Below are positions 23,789 through 33,075 of a stretch of DNA of 64,000 nt, piece by piece. A program made the translations under genes and the position numbers. This DNA is from an uncultured Gammaproteobacteria bacterium. GTDB lineage: Bacteria; Pseudomonadota; Gammaproteobacteria; DRLM01. The stretch's first letter is position 1. Every line of letters begins with the position of its first letter. The DNA lies in contig CAVSNY010000007.1 in the NCBI GenBank assembly GCA_963729605.1, positions 1,280,001 through 1,344,000 of the forward strand, in the 5' to 3' direction. A model generated the notes under the pieces. The model did no database searches, was not told where the DNA came from, and saw only the letters and a list, made by a program, of their open reading frames with translations.

Positions 23789-24247
23789 ATGGCAGATGAC
23801 GGATCAGCACAATCTACGGCCATCTGGCCGATACCGAAGTTTCATTTTCAGGTGAAATGGGACGCGCAAGTGATGTCGTTCCAGGAGGTGTCCGGCCTCG
23901 ACGTCGAGTCGCAACCCATCGAGTATCGCCACGGCGACAGCCCGGAATTTTCGGTGATCAAGATGCCCGGCATCAAAAAGACCGGCAACGTCACCATGAA
24001 GAAGGGCGTGTTCAAGACGGATAATAAATTCTGGGACTGGTTCAACCAGATCAAGATGAACACCATCAAGCGCGTGCCGGTCACCATCAGTCTGCTCGAC
24101 GAAACCGGCGCGCCGACCATGGTGTGGACGCTGGCCAACGCCTGGCCCACCAAGATCACCGGCACCGATCTCAAGTCGGACGGCAACGAAGTGGCGGTCG
24201 AATCCATCGAGATCGCCCATGAAGGACTCACCATCGCCAACGGCTGA
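23789..24247 (+). CDS. Major tail tube protein (T4 gp19-like, Afp1)
   Basis: FQEVSGL, IEYRHGDSP, KMPGI, VTMKKG, ISLLDE, WTLANAWPTK, NEVAVESIEIAHE; AGGAGG RBS. Confidence 0.94.
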   Translation: MADDGSAQSTAIWPIPKFHFQVKWDAQVMSFQEVSGLDVESQPIEYRHGDSPEFSVIKMPGIKKTGNVTMKKGVFKTDNKFWDWFNQIKMNTIKRVPVTISLLDETGAPTMVWTLANAWPTKITGTDLKSDGNEVAVESIEIAHEGLTIANG

Positions 24248-24260
24248 TGGGGGGAGGGGG

Positions 24261-24300
24261 GTATGGAGTGGCGGGTCTAGGCCCGTCACTCCTACTTTAT
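24261..24300 (+). terminator. Terminator-like hairpin after the major tube gene
   Basis: GGAGTGGCGGGT-CTAG-GCCCGTCACTCC 12-bp stem (with G-U pairs) followed by TACTTTAT. Confidence 0.6.
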
Positions 24301-24332
24301 AAAGGACTATTCTCAGCGCGGCGGGTTTGAGC

Positions 24333-24800
24333 ATGTCGTCCATTTTTACCACCGACGATTATCCACCTTCTTCCTTTTATTTTAAGGTGGTGTTCGCGGC
24401 GACACTGGGTATGACCGACACCTCGTTTCAAAAGGTGAGCGGCATCGGTTCGCAGATCGAGACCGAGGAAGTGGTCGAGGGCGGCGAAAACCGCTACGTC
24501 CATCAACTGCCGACCAAGGTCAAACACCCCAAGCTGGTGTTGGAGCGCGGCATCGCCGCCATCACCTCGCCGCTGGTGATCTGGTGCCGCTCGGTGCTGG
24601 AGGCCGATTTCATCGCGCCCATCGTGCCGATGCCGATCAGCGTGTTTCTCTTGAATGAAAATAAAATCCCGATCCGGGCCTGGACCTTCGCCAACGCCTA
24701 TCCGGTGAATTGGGAAGTGGACAACTTCGCGTCCACCAAAAACGAAGTGGCCATCGAGAAGATCGAATTGAATTACAACTATTCCAACAGGTTGATTTAA
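24333..24800 (+). CDS. Second tail tube protein (gp19-like, Afp5)
   Basis: YPPSSFYFKV, FQKVSGI, EGGENRYVHQLP, LVLERG, AYPVNW, VAIEKIELNY. Confidence 0.9.
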   Translation: MSSIFTTDDYPPSSFYFKVVFAATLGMTDTSFQKVSGIGSQIETEEVVEGGENRYVHQLPTKVKHPKLVLERGIAAITSPLVIWCRSVLEADFIAPIVPMPISVFLLNENKIPIRAWTFANAYPVNWEVDNFASTKNEVAIEKIELNYNYSNRLI

Positions 24801-24803
24801 ACC

Positions 24804-24983
24804 ATGCCGATAGAAGTTCGCGAACTGGTGATTCGTTCCACCGTGCAGCAAGAAGGCGGCGGCGACACCTGCGGCCGCGAGGAAGGCGATGCCGCGCGCG
24901 ATAATCAGGAACTGAAGGAAGACATACTCGCGGAATGCCGCAGGCTGATCTTGGAATTGCTGGCGGAAAGGCGGGAGCGTTAA
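24804..24983 (+). CDS. Small DUF5908-like protein (Afp6/plug-like), 59 aa; absent from the ORF track
   Basis: Manual translation MPIEVRELVIRSTV...EDILAECRRLILELLAERRER*. It fills the gap exactly, and its TAA abuts the next ATG. Confidence 0.8.
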   Translation: MPIEVRELVIRSTVQQEGGGDTCGREEGDAARDNQELKEDILAECRRLILELLAERRER

Positions 24984-25679
24984 ATGGCGGGACTCAGCAC
25001 CGGCCTCAAAAAGAAGTTGAGCATTTCGCCGTGCACCGTCGACAAAAGCGGCACGGTCACCGTCGAAAGCGGCGCCTTCGAGGTAATGCTCAATCCGTCG
25101 TCGTACAGCCATGAGCATTCGATCTGCTACAACCAGAAGAAGACCTTCGGTCAATTGGGTTCCGACAGCAAGTTCAGCGGCGTCAATGCGGAGAAGGTGA
25201 ATTTCGAGATCGTCATCGACGGCACCGGCGTGGTGAATCTGCCGATACCGGGCATCGGTTCGCCCGACGTCAAGACCCAGATCAAACAGCTCAACGACAT
25301 CGTGTATAAATACGACGGCAACGACCACCAGCCCCAGCACGTGCGGCTGTTGTGGGGCAGCCTGATCTTCTTCGGCCGGCTGACCTCGATGTCGGTGTCG
25401 TACACCTTGTTCAAACCCAGCGGCGAGCCGCTGCGCGCCAAGGTCAAGCTGGCCTTCACCGGTTTCATGAGCAAGGAAGAGGAGGCTCTCAAGGCCAACC
25501 GCTCGTCGCCGGACCTCACTCATCTGGTGGAGGTCAAGGCCGGCGATACCCTGCCGTTGCTGTGTCACCGCATCTATAAAGACAGCTCCTATTATCTGGA
25601 GGTGGCGAGGGCCAACAACCTCACCAACTTCCGCGACATCAAGCCTGGCGTCAAACTCCATTTTCCACCGTTGAGATAA
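24984..25679 (+). CDS. Tube initiator / LysM-domain protein (Afp7-like)
   Basis: FEVMLNPSSYS, IVIDGTG, LLWGSL.F.GRL, YTLFKPSGEPLRAKV, and a C-terminal LysM-like VKAGDTLPLLCHRIY...VARANNL. Confidence 0.88.
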   Translation: MAGLSTGLKKKLSISPCTVDKSGTVTVESGAFEVMLNPSSYSHEHSICYNQKKTFGQLGSDSKFSGVNAEKVNFEIVIDGTGVVNLPIPGIGSPDVKTQIKQLNDIVYKYDGNDHQPQHVRLLWGSLIFFGRLTSMSVSYTLFKPSGEPLRAKVKLAFTGFMSKEEEALKANRSSPDLTHLVEVKAGDTLPLLCHRIYKDSSYYLEVARANNLTNFRDIKPGVKLHFPPLR

Positions 25680-25682
25680 GCC

Positions 25683-27476
25683 ATGGCCAGTTCACCCAGA
25701 GACGCGGTCGGCAGCGTCGTCAAGCTGACGATTTCCAGCAACGGTACGCCCTTGGACGAGACCATCCAGATCATTTCGGTGTCGGTCAGCAAGGCGATCA
25801 ATAAAATTCCCAGCGCGCGGCTGGTGATCCTCGACGGCGACATGCCGACGCAGACCTTTCCGGTGAGCGACGCCGACACCTTCAAACCGGGCAGCGCCAT
25901 CACCATCAGCGCCGGTTACGACCAGGATGCCGAGACGATCTTCGACGGCGTGGTGATCGGCCACGGCATCGAGATCAGCGGCAATAATTATTCGCGTCTG
26001 GTCATCGACTGCCGCGACAAGGCGGTGGCCATGACCATCGGCCGTAAGAACGCCAACTACGTCGATCAAAACGACAGCGACATCATCGGCACCCTGATCG
26101 GCAACTACGGCGGCCTGTCCGCCGACGTCGGCGCCACCGCCACTCAACACAAGGAATTGGTGCAGTACTACTGCACCGACTGGGACTTCATGCTCGCGCG
26201 CGCCGAGGCCAGCGGCCTGCTGGTGAACGTCGACGCCGGCAAGCTGACGGTCAAGGCGCCGGATGCCAGCGCCTCGCCCGAATTGAAGGTGAGTTACGGC
26301 GACGACCTCATGGAGTTCCACGCCGACATGGACGCGCGCACCCAGTTACGCCAAGTCACCGGCCTCGCCTGGGACCCCGAGACCCAGGCGGTGGTGGAAG
26401 AGCAGGTCTCGCCGCAGACTTTGAACAGCCAGGGCGACCTCGCGGCGGCGACCTCGCCGCAGGTGATCGGTCTTGCATCGTACCGGCTGCAGACCGCGGT
26501 GCCGCTGGAGCAGACCGCACTCAAGGACTGGGCCACCGGCCGGCAAGTGAAGGCGGGCCTGTCGCGCATCCGCGGCGAGATGAAATTCCAGGGCAGCGCC
26601 AAGGCCAAGCCGGGCGGCCTGATCGAACTCGACGGCGTCGGCACGCGCTTCAGCGGCAAGGTGTTCGTGAGCGCGGTGCGCCACGACATCGTCAACGGCA
26701 ACTGGACTACCGAGGTCGCGTTCGGCATGTCGCCCGACTGGTTCGCCGAGCGCCGCGACCTCACCGCGCCGCCCGCCGCCGGGCTGTTGCCGGGGGTCGA
26801 GGGGCTGCAGATCGGCGTGGTCATGAAGCTCGACGCCGATCCCGAGGGCGAATTCAAGGTGCAGGTATCGGTGCCGCTGATGCAGGCCGCGACCGACGGC
26901 GTGTGGGCGCGGCTCGCGAAGTTCTATGCCTCCAACGGCTTCGGCGCGTTCTTCATTCCCGAGATCGGCGACGAGGTGGTGCTGGGTTACTCTCAACAAC
27001 GATCCGTCGCTATCCGGTGATCCTCGGCAGCCTCTACAGCAGCAAGCACAAGCCGCCGTACCCGCTCACCGCCGACAATTTCACCAAGGCGCTGGTGACC
27101 CGGAGCAAGCTCAAGATCGAGTTCGACGACGACAAGAAAGTAGTGACCATCGTCACGCCCGGCGCCAACACTGTCGTGATCAGCGACGACGACAAGTCAA
27201 TCCTGCTGCAAGGACCAGAACAACAACACGGTGAAGCTCAGCGCCGACGGCATCGTCCTCACCAGCCCCAAGGACATCAAACTCACCGCGCAGGGCCAGG
27301 TCAGCATCACCGCCACCGGCAACGCCTCCATCACGTCGCAGGCGGACGTGAAGATCGAGGGACTCAACATCAACAGCAACGCCAACGTCGGTTTCGTCGC
27401 CAAGGGCAGCGCCAGCGCCGAGCTGTCCGCCTCGGGGCAGACCACGGTCAAAGGCGCGATGGTCATGATCAATTAA
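25683..27476 (+). CDS. vgrG: VgrG/gp27-gp5-like spike (Afp8-like), ~596 aa, with three apparent +1 frameshifts
   Basis: QYYCTDWDFMLARAE, GLQIGVV, FFIPEIGDEVVLG, (Y)LNNDP(R)YPVILGSLYS, a beta-helix tail ending VKGAMVMIN. Removing one base at ~26991, ~27007 and ~27210 gives a single frame of 597 codons. Confidence 0.88.
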
Positions 27477-27504
27477 CCAAACGATTACCTTCAAGGAGGA
27501 CACC

Positions 27505-27807
27505 ATGCCGCCCGCGGCGCGAATTACCGACATGCACACCTGCCCCATGCAGACCCCCGCGTTTCCGCCGCCCATCCCCCACGTCGGCGGACCGGTCATC
27601 GGCCCCGGCGTGCCCACCGTGCTGATCGGCAAGTTGCCTGCGTCGGTGGTGGGCGACAATGCGGTCTGCGTCGGTCCGCCGGACGCGATCGTCAAAGGTT
27701 CGGCGACGGTGATGATCAGCAGCCGACCCGCGGCGCGTTTGGGCGACACCACCGCCCACGGCGGCAGCGTCGTGCTGGGTTGTCCCACGGTGATGATCGG
27801 CGGCTAG
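27505..27807 (+). CDS. PAAR spike-tip protein (Afp10-like)
   Basis: MPPAARITDMHTCP, PHVGGP, CVGPPD, PAARLGDTTAHGG. Confidence 0.94.
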   Translation: MPPAARITDMHTCPMQTPAFPPPIPHVGGPVIGPGVPTVLIGKLPASVVGDNAVCVGPPDAIVKGSATVMISSRPAARLGDTTAHGGSVVLGCPTVMIGG

Positions 27808-27817
27808 GACGGCGGGC

Positions 27818-28234
27818 ATGAGCATCGACAAATCCTTTCTCGGCACCGGCTGGGGCTTCCCTCCCGAATTCAATCTGCGCACCCGCGAGGTGAAGATGGT
27901 TTCGGAAGAGGACGACATCCGCGACAGCCTGCGGATCCTGTTCTCGACGACCCCGGGCGAACGCCTGATGCAGCCGACCTACGGTTGCGGTTTGAAGACC
28001 CTGGTATTCGAGCAGTTCAGTGAAACCACGATCACCGAAATAAAGGACATGGTGGAACGGGCGGTGTTGTTCTTCGAACATCGCATCACCTTGAACGGTG
28101 TCGATGTCGAGGCCGAGGGTATTTATGAAGGCGTGATCAAGATCCTGTTGACCTATACCGTCAGGACCACCAACAGCCGCAGCAATATGGTTTATCCCTT
28201 TTATTTCCTGGAGGGGACCAATGTCAGGCAGTGA
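27818..28234 (+). CDS. gp25/GPW-like sheath initiator (Afp9-like)
   Basis: FLGTGWGFPP, ILFSTTPGERLMQPTYGCGL, NMVYPFY. Confidence 0.92.
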   Translation: MSIDKSFLGTGWGFPPEFNLRTREVKMVSEEDDIRDSLRILFSTTPGERLMQPTYGCGLKTLVFEQFSETTITEIKDMVERAVLFFEHRITLNGVDVEAEGIYEGVIKILLTYTVRTTNSRSNMVYPFYFLEGTNVRQ

Positions 28235-28359
28235 AACACCGCCAGGGATCCAGGTCGCGCCAAGCCGTTCCGCATTTTCTCGGCGGCGGCGGGTGCGTGC
28301 TGAATTTAATTGCTTGTTGAATGAACCGCCGTTGTTTCCGGCGATGTGCGGGCACACTC

Positions 28360-31300
28360 ATGGCTGATTGGACACGGTTGCCGATAACCGACGGCACGGC
28401 CCAAAGCGACCGCTTTCCGGCCGCCTTGCGCGAAGGGTATTTCAACGTGGACGAAATGCGCTACGAAGAGCTGCTCGCCATGAGTGCGGAGTTCGCGTCC
28501 ACCTTGCGTTTTTATAATCTCCAAAACGAGCCGGACGGTGATTGGGCGGAACTGTTCGCCAATGATGAAGCGGTGATCATGGCCCAGATACTGGCCACCG
28601 ACTTGAAACAAGAAGAAGCGGCGTTTTTGCACCTGTTGGAGAAGGATGACGCGGATCAGGCGCGGGTCTTTATTTTACAATGGGCTTCCCGCGTCAATGA
28701 GTGGTACAAACGGCTGAATGTCTCGGGCCAGCGCAGCGGAACCGCCTTGAGCTGGAAGCTTGCCGAGTTGATAAAGGTCAGGCTGGCCGCCGATCTGCGC
28801 AATATCGTCGGACACCTCGAGCTACGGCCGATAACCTTGGCCGGATCGACGTCGGGTCTTTCAAGCGAGTTCGATGCTATTTGGTCGTTGGCCGAGCGTG
28901 GTTTTGATTCGCTTGAGCACCCCGCCGGCCTCCTGCATGTAAAAGAGTCAAGCGAGCGCAAAGGCGTGCTGCGTTCCGGTTTCTATGCTTTTTATAACGC
29001 CGTTTCCTACCTCAAACGCATCACGCCGGCTTACTTTGAAGAGAGCCTGCACAGTCAGGCCCACGGCCCCGCGATCGGCTTGTTCCTGGCCTTTTTAAAG
29101 CTCTACCGGAAAATTCAGGACAACACCAATCGTTTCACGCAACGGCATTTGGATTTTTATTATTACGATTTTTTACAGTTCAAACCGCGTCCGCCGGTGG
29201 CGGACAGTGTCTACCTGGTGTTTGAATCGGTGCCGGCCGCCAAGGATATCCCCATTCCCAAGCACACGGCGTTTTCCGCGGGCAAAGGCGATGCGCAAAA
29301 GGTGTTGACCTATGGCGCTGATGCCGCCATGACGGTGAACGATGCCCAGGTCGGCTCTTTATGCACGCTCCATTTGGAGCGGGATGAATTGTTGTCGCCG
29401 GAAAAAGAACTGGCTTACATCACCCATGTCAGGACCCATCAGCTCGCCCCGGCCGGACAGGACGGCGCCGACTTACCCGCGGTGCCGCTGTTCGGCGCGG
29501 CCAAAAAGGAGGCGCGCCGCAGCAGCGCCCTGGGCGCCCGGGTCGGATTCGCCGCGGCAAGTCCGGCCTTGCTGCTGCTGGAAGGCGAACGCGAGATCGA
29601 GATCACCCTGTGTTACGCGGATCCGCCCGATATCGATGAGGTGTCAGGCAAGGGCTTGCTGGCCTCGTTGAGCGAGGCCAACACCGAGGAGAGATTTTTC
29701 TCTCTCTTCGGCAAGCTGATGACGCGTTATCTGCTGTTGCACCGGGACTGGCTGAGCGAGGAGCACAAGAAATACATCCTGGATAAGGCCCGCAAACGTG
29801 TCTCCGAGGTCTCTCTGGGAGTGATCGGCGGGTTGCTTGAGCGCGGCCGCCAGGATTTTTTCTACAAGCTGTTTAGAAACGCCTTTCATATCAGTCTTAC
29901 CGCGGAAACCGGCTGGCTCACGGTCGCCAATTACGCGGTGATCCCTTTTGGCGAGGGTGACCCGCTGAAACGCAATGGCCTGAAAGTCGCGCTGAGCTTG
30001 GGGCCGGAGGTGGCGCCCATCGTTCCTTATGCGGCGGCCCTTCATGGCGGCGATTGGGACACGCGGTTGCCGATGATCCAGTTTTTGGTGAATAGCCAGG
30101 CGGATTATTATCCTTATTCCATACTGCGCGATTTGATCCTGAAGGAGATCGTGATCGAGGCCAGGGTCAAAGGCATCAAGAATATCGTGGCTTACAATAA
30201 TCATGGTCAGATCGACCCCACCGCGCCGTGGAATCCATTCGGTCCGCTGCCGGGCGATCATTCCTATTTCATCATCGGCAGTCATGAAGCGGCCAAAAAA
30301 CAGCTTACCGCCTTGGATGTCAATATCGAGTGGGGCGAACTGCCGAAGTCGGCGGGCGGTTTTGAGGCATATTATAAAGAGTACGGTGACTCTTATAATA
30401 ACCAGGCCTTCAAGGTGACCATGTCGGTGTTCCGCGACGGGGTATGGCAGCCGGCCAAGAGCGATATCAATAACACGGCGTCGCTATTCGACGCCACGGC
30501 GGACGGCGATGGGCTGAGCGGTGAAAAGACGCTCAAAGTCGGTGTCCTGCATCATTTCAAGACCGTCAGTCCGGCGCTGGCGCCGGAGGCCTATCGTTAC
30601 GACATGAAGGCCAGGAACGGTTTTTTCAGGTTTACCTTCCTGGGATCGGATGGCGCGTTCGGCCACAAGATTTACCCTTTGCTGTTGACCAAGGCTTTGT
30701 CGGTCAATGTCAATGCGAAGCTCAAAAAGCTCAAGCCTATCCCCAACCCACCCTACACCCCGCTCATCAACCGGATGACCTTGGATTACACGGCCAAAAG
30801 CGTCATTGAGTGTGCTACCGGCAGGCATGAAGGCGGAGATGCCCTGCGCGAGAAATTATTTCACATCCATCCTTTCGGCATGGAAGAGATATCTTTCGCC
30901 GGGAAAGACAAATTTCATTATTTGCTGCCTCGTCATCTCGACTACGGCAATTTATTCATCGGTATCGTCGCGCGCCGTTTGGGCGGGATGCTCACCTTGT
31001 TTTTTCACATGGCCGCCGATTCCACCCAAGACGCCGCGGGTGACCGGCCGGCGATCAACTGGTATTACCTGGCGTCGAATCGCTGGCAGCCTTTGGAAAA
31101 GGCCAGGGTGATTTCCGATACGACGCTGGGATTTTTGTCGTCGGGCATCGTCACGCTCGACATACCCGAAGCGATCAATCGCGACAATACCATCATGCCG
31201 AACGACCGCTATTGGCTGAGGGTCTGCGCCGATAAGAATCTGCAATCCTTCAGCGGCTTGTATACGGTGCGCGCGCAGGCGGTGAAAGTCAGCCGGCTCG

Positions 31301-32235
31301 CGCAGCGTGATTCCGCGCAATTTCCGGAAAATGCGGTGCCGGCGGGGAGCATCCGGCAAGCCGTGGTTGCCCTGCCCGGCTTGGCAAAGCTGCTGCAGCT
31401 GGACGGTTCATTCGGCGGGCGGCCGCAAGAAACCCCGGCGCAACTCAAGACCCGGATCAGCGAGCGGCTGCGTCACAAAAACCGGGCGTGCACGCCCTGG
31501 GATTATGAGCGGCTGGTGTTGGAACGCTTTCCCAATCTTTACAAAGTCAAGTGTTTCGCCAACAGTGTCAGCAGCGAGGTGGATAAGCCGCAGCCCGGCC
31601 ACGTCATGATCGTGGTCGTGCCTCATTTGCGGATCACGGGCGCGGCGCAGGATTTCATGCCCATGGTGAATTCGGTGGAGCTGTATCAGATCCGCGAATA
31701 TCTGCAAGGGTTGGCGCCGCCCTTCGTTAATATCGCCGTGCGTAATCCGCTGTACGAACGTATACAAGTAAGGTGCACGGTCAAATTCAGCCGGGATGCC
31801 CAAGCCGGTTATGACGTGAAACGGTTGAATCAGGCCATCATCGATTACATCTCGCCCTGGCATACGACCGGCTATCAGACGACGTTCGGCTGGATTATCC
31901 GGCGCGAAGACATCGAATCCTATGTCCGCGGATTGGAGTACGTGGGCTTCGTCACCAATTTCTCCATGCTGCATATCGTCAAGGATGACGCAGGCCGCTA
32001 CAACTTGGCCGATACCGCGCGAATCGAAACGGCGGTGTCGCGTCCGACTCAACAGCAGTCCGGTCATTTCGAACAGATCCGCCCGCGCTATCCATGGAGC
32101 CTGGCCATCCCCGTCATGGATCACTACATTGAAACCATGCCCATTATGCGCAGTATCGCCGCCGAACCGACCGGTATCGAGGAGCTAGAAGTGGGAAACA
32201 CCTTCATAATAAACGCAGAACGCAACCATGGCTAA
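28360..32235 (+). CDS. Baseplate J/gp6-like wedge protein (Afp11-like), ~1,291 aa
   Basis: FTQRHLDFYY, PFGPLP, DTTLGFLSSGIV, SFGGRPQE, RISERLRHKNRA.TPWDYERLVLERFP. Confidence 0.88.
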   Translation: MADWTRLPITDGTAQSDRFPAALREGYFNVDEMRYEELLAMSAEFASTLRFYNLQNEPDGDWAELFANDEAVIMAQILATDLKQEEAAFLHLLEKDDADQARVFILQWASRVNEWYKRLNVSGQRSGTALSWKLAELIKVRLAADLRNIVGHLELRPITLAGSTSGLSSEFDAIWSLAERGFDSLEHPAGLLHVKESSERKGVLRSGFYAFYNAVSYLKRITPAYFEESLHSQAHGPAIGLFLAFLKLYRKIQDNTNRFTQRHLDFYYYDFLQFKPRPPVADSVYLVFESVPAAKDIPIPKHTAFSAGKGDAQKVLTYGADAAMTVNDAQVGSLCTLHLERDELLSPEKELAYITHVRTHQLAPAGQDGADLPAVPLFGAAKKEARRSSALGARVGFAAASPALLLLEGEREIEITLCYADPPDIDEVSGKGLLASLSEANTEERFFSLFGKLMTRYLLLHRDWLSEEHKKYILDKARKRVSEVSLGVIGGLLERGRQDFFYKLFRNAFHISLTAETGWLTVANYAVIPFGEGDPLKRNGLKVALSLGPEVAPIVPYAAALHGGDWDTRLPMIQFLVNSQADYYPYSILRDLILKEIVIEARVKGIKNIVAYNNHGQIDPTAPWNPFGPLPGDHSYFIIGSHEAAKKQLTALDVNIEWGELPKSAGGFEAYYKEYGDSYNNQAFKVTMSVFRDGVWQPAKSDINNTASLFDATADGDGLSGEKTLKVGVLHHFKTVSPALAPEAYRYDMKARNGFFRFTFLGSDGAFGHKIYPLLLTKALSVNVNAKLKKLKPIPNPPYTPLINRMTLDYTAKSVIECATGRHEGGDALREKLFHIHPFGMEEISFAGKDKFHYLLPRHLDYGNLFIGIVARRLGGMLTLFFHMAADSTQDAAGDRPAINWYYLASNRWQPLEKARVISDTTLGFLSSGIVTLDIPEAINRDNTIMPNDRYWLRVCADKNLQSFSGLYTVRAQAVKVSRLAQRDSAQFPENAVPAGSIRQAVVALPGLAKLLQLDGSFGGRPQETPAQLKTRISERLRHKNRACTPWDYERLVLERFPNLYKVKCFANSVSSEVDKPQPGHVMIVVVPHLRITGAAQDFMPMVNSVELYQIREYLQGLAPPFVNIAVRNPLYERIQVRCTVKFSRDAQAGYDVKRLNQAIIDYISPWHTTGYQTTFGWIIRREDIESYVRGLEYVGFVTNFSMLHIVKDDAGRYNLADTARIETAVSRPTQQQSGHFEQIRPRYPWSLAIPVMDHYIETMPIMRSIAAEPTGIEELEVGNTFIINAERNHG

Positions 32236-33004
32236 ACGTAATCGCGATACGCTCAAGCATTTTTTCAGCAAGGGTTCGTTGCCTTCCGAAGATCAATTCC
32301 ATGACTTGATCGATTCGGCGGTGAACCAGATCGATGAAGGTTTCGACAAATCGCCGGACCACGGCCTGGAAATCACACCATTGGGCAGCCGTGACGGCTT
32401 GATCAGTTTTTTCAGAAACCAGGATCCCGAAAAACCGATCTGGTCGATAAATTACGGCGGGACCAACGATGGCCTGATTTTTAATAATCAGGCCAATAAA
32501 ACCGCACCGCTGACCTTGGGTTCCGACGGCAAAGTCGGCATCGATAACCGGCTGCCGAAATGGAGTCTCGATGTAAACGGCGTGGTCGCCGCCAAGGGAC
32601 GGATAGGCGTCTACAAACAAGGCCTGGTTCCGGCCGACGGCAAGTGGCATGACCTTACCGATGAACTCAGCGGCGTGCATGCGTTCGAGATCATCGCCGG
32701 AGCGGGTAAGAAAAAAACCGGACGTTATGCGCTAATTCACGCCTTCGCCTTGAACTGCTTCAATCCGCTGGGCTGGTTTTTCAATTTTCTCAACCGGAAA
32801 AAGGCCATCGATTGCCGGCAGGCTTATTATCGTTCCATGAGTGACAAATTAAAATTGCGTTGGCGCGGCGATAATAAAAAATATTACTTGCAAGTGAAAT
32901 CGAATAGCGATTACGGCGATGATGTGCAAATCCGCTACTACCTTACCCAGCTCTGGTTCGACGAGGACATGTCAGAGTCCTGGCAGGATGTAGGAAGAAA
33001 ATGA
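32228..33004 (+). CDS. Short tail-fibre/adhesin-like protein (Afp13-like position)
   Basis: N-terminal RDTLKHFF.KG.LPSE.QF.DLIDS, typical of eCIS fibre attachment domains; one GKVGI...P...LDVNG fibre repeat; only 258 aa. Confidence 0.6.
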   Translation: MAKRNRDTLKHFFSKGSLPSEDQFHDLIDSAVNQIDEGFDKSPDHGLEITPLGSRDGLISFFRNQDPEKPIWSINYGGTNDGLIFNNQANKTAPLTLGSDGKVGIDNRLPKWSLDVNGVVAAKGRIGVYKQGLVPADGKWHDLTDELSGVHAFEIIAGAGKKKTGRYALIHAFALNCFNPLGWFFNFLNRKKAIDCRQAYYRSMSDKLKLRWRGDNKKYYLQVKSNSDYGDDVQIRYYLTQLWFDEDMSESWQDVGRK

Positions 33005-33075
33005 AGTGTCATTAGCGGTGATGAAGGGATTATTCCAGAGATGATGTAGCGGTCTTATAAAATTCGGGAATAGCC

